Translations under genes and position numbers: made by a program | In this document: one piece after another, positions 62,925 through 64,000 of the stretch | Layout of the letters: each line of letters starts with the position of its first letter | Numbering within the stretch: position 1 is the first letter of the stretch | NCBI GenBank assembly: GCA_046350055.1 | Contig: JAXMBC010000001.1 | Span: 510,660 to 574,659, forward strand | Length of the DNA stretch: 64,000 bases | DNA from: Gemmatales bacterium | GTDB lineage: Bacteria > Planctomycetota > Planctomycetia > Gemmatales > HRBIN36 | Direction of reading: 5' to 3' | Notes under the pieces: generated by a model | Told to the model about the DNA's origin: nothing | Database searches by the model: none | The model's input: only the letters and a program-made list of their open reading frames with translations

Positions 62925-64000
62925 GTGAACCCCATCACATCAGCTTTGCGCCGCCCCGTAACAGTGATGGTGCTGGTTGCAGCAGTCGTCTTCGCAGGTG
63001 TGCTGGCTTACAGCCGCATGAAGGTGGACATCTTTCCCGCTCTGAACCTTCCCGTTATTTACGTCTGTCAGCCGTATGGCGGGATGGACCCGCAGCAGAT
63101 GGAAGGACTGATCGCCAACTATTACGAATATCACTTCCTGTACATCAACGGCATTCACCACGTCGAATCGAAGAATGTTCAGGGCGTATCGCTGATGAAA
63201 CTCTACTTTCATCCCGATACCGACATGGCCCAGGCCATGGGTGAAACCGTCGGGTATGTCAATCGCAGCCGGGCGTTCATGCCACCGGGTACTGTCAATC
63301 CATTCATCATGCGGTTCGATACAGGATCGGTGCCGGTTGGCTACCTGGTGATGTCGAGTGAGACCAAGACGATTGGCCAGATTCAGGATCAGGCCCTGTT
63401 CAAAGTTCGCCCGATGTTTGCAGCTATCGAAGGCGTCTCCGCGCCTCCTCCTTTTGGCGGCAGTCAGCGTACCGTCGTTATCCGTGCCGATCCCGACCGG
63501 CTTCGTGCCTACGGAGTCTCTGCTGACGATGTCGTGAAAAAGTTGACCGAAGGGAACACGATTGCCCCTTCAGGCCAGATACGGATTCAGGAACGGATGC
63601 CCCTGGTGCCTACCAATGCCATGGTGGTGCAGCCTGCCGAACTGGGTGCAATCGAAGTGAAACCCGGTGTTTTCATCCGTGATGTTGTCCGACGAGATCC
63701 GGTAACTGACAAGCCCCTCATCGAAGATGCCAGCGACGTTCCCACCGGGTATGCACTGGTCAATGGCAAGCGGGCGGTGTACATCCTGGTAACCAAGCGT
63801 GCCAACGCTTCCACGCTCAGCGTCGTGAACAATGTCAAAGCCAATCTGTCGAAGATGCAGGCAGAACTGCCGGATGACATCAAAGTCAGTTTCGAGTTTG
63901 ATCAGTCGCCGTACGTCACGAATTCCATGAAAGGTGTTGCCATCGAAGGTGCATTGGCCGCTGGCCTGGTTGGCCTGATGGTGCTGGTGTTTCTGCGTGA
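62925..64000 (+). CDS. RND efflux transporter permease (AcrB/CzcA superfamily), 5' partial running off the window
   Basis: It is not in the ORF track because there is no stop in the window. My own translation from GTG 62925 gives '[62 protein letters not shown]...', the canonical RND N-terminus (TM1 plus porter domain). Confidence 0.85.
   Translation, partial: MNPITSALRRPVTVMVLVAAVVFAGVLAYSRMKVDIFPALNLPVIYVCQPYGGMDPQQMEGLIANYYEYHFLYINGIHHVESKNVQGVSLMKLYFHPDTDMAQAMGETVGYVNRSRAFMPPGTVNPFIMRFDTGSVPVGYLVMSSETKTIGQIQDQALFKVRPMFAAIEGVSAPPPFGGSQRTVVIRADPDRLRAYGVSADDVVKKLTEGNTIAPSGQIRIQERMPLVPTNAMVVQPAELGAIEVKPGVFIRDVVRRDPVTDKPLIEDASDVPTGYALVNGKRAVYILVTKRANASTLSVVNNVKANLSKMQAELPDDIKVSFEFDQSPYVTNSMKGVAIEGALAAGLVGLMVLVFLR

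Overview
This is an accessory-rich 64-kb window of roughly mid-50s % GC. It has a Gram-negative-type gene set whose style is reminiscent of Planctomycetota, which cannot be proven from the sequence alone. All domain calls are by eye from motifs, with no searches run.

Backbone genes:
- Glycosyltransferase genes at 95-871, plus a giant 1556-aa multi-domain glycosylation protein at 24023-28693.
- An outer-membrane-factor / RND efflux pair at 61111-64000.

Accessory content between them:
1. Two convergent, nearly identical ~1.85-kaa RHS/YD polymorphic-toxin genes form a ~4.2-kb inverted repeat. Each has its own AT-rich HExxH tip and a small membrane ORF that may be its immunity gene. They bracket a ~10-kb graveyard of nested mobile elements: a recombinase-in-trio (RIT) fragment, a Mu/Tn552-like transposon, an IS66 split by a group II intron, and a second RT fragment.
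2. Two diverged copies of a four-gene ubiquitin-like conjugation cassette. Each encodes a ThiS-like Ubl, an E2-like protein with a tail of ten CxxC motifs, a JAMM peptidase and a minimal ThiF/E1. One copy lies next to tyrosine integrases and the other next to a large serine recombinase. This is the most interesting candidate system in the window.
3. A frameshifted type IIG-like N6-adenine methyltransferase with a PD-ExK ORF, an IS256 fragment, an orphan rhs tip with an immunity ORF, and a decayed RIT element.

No rRNA, tRNA or CRISPR array was recognised. Many mobile-element genes carry frameshifts, while the very long ORFs are intact.
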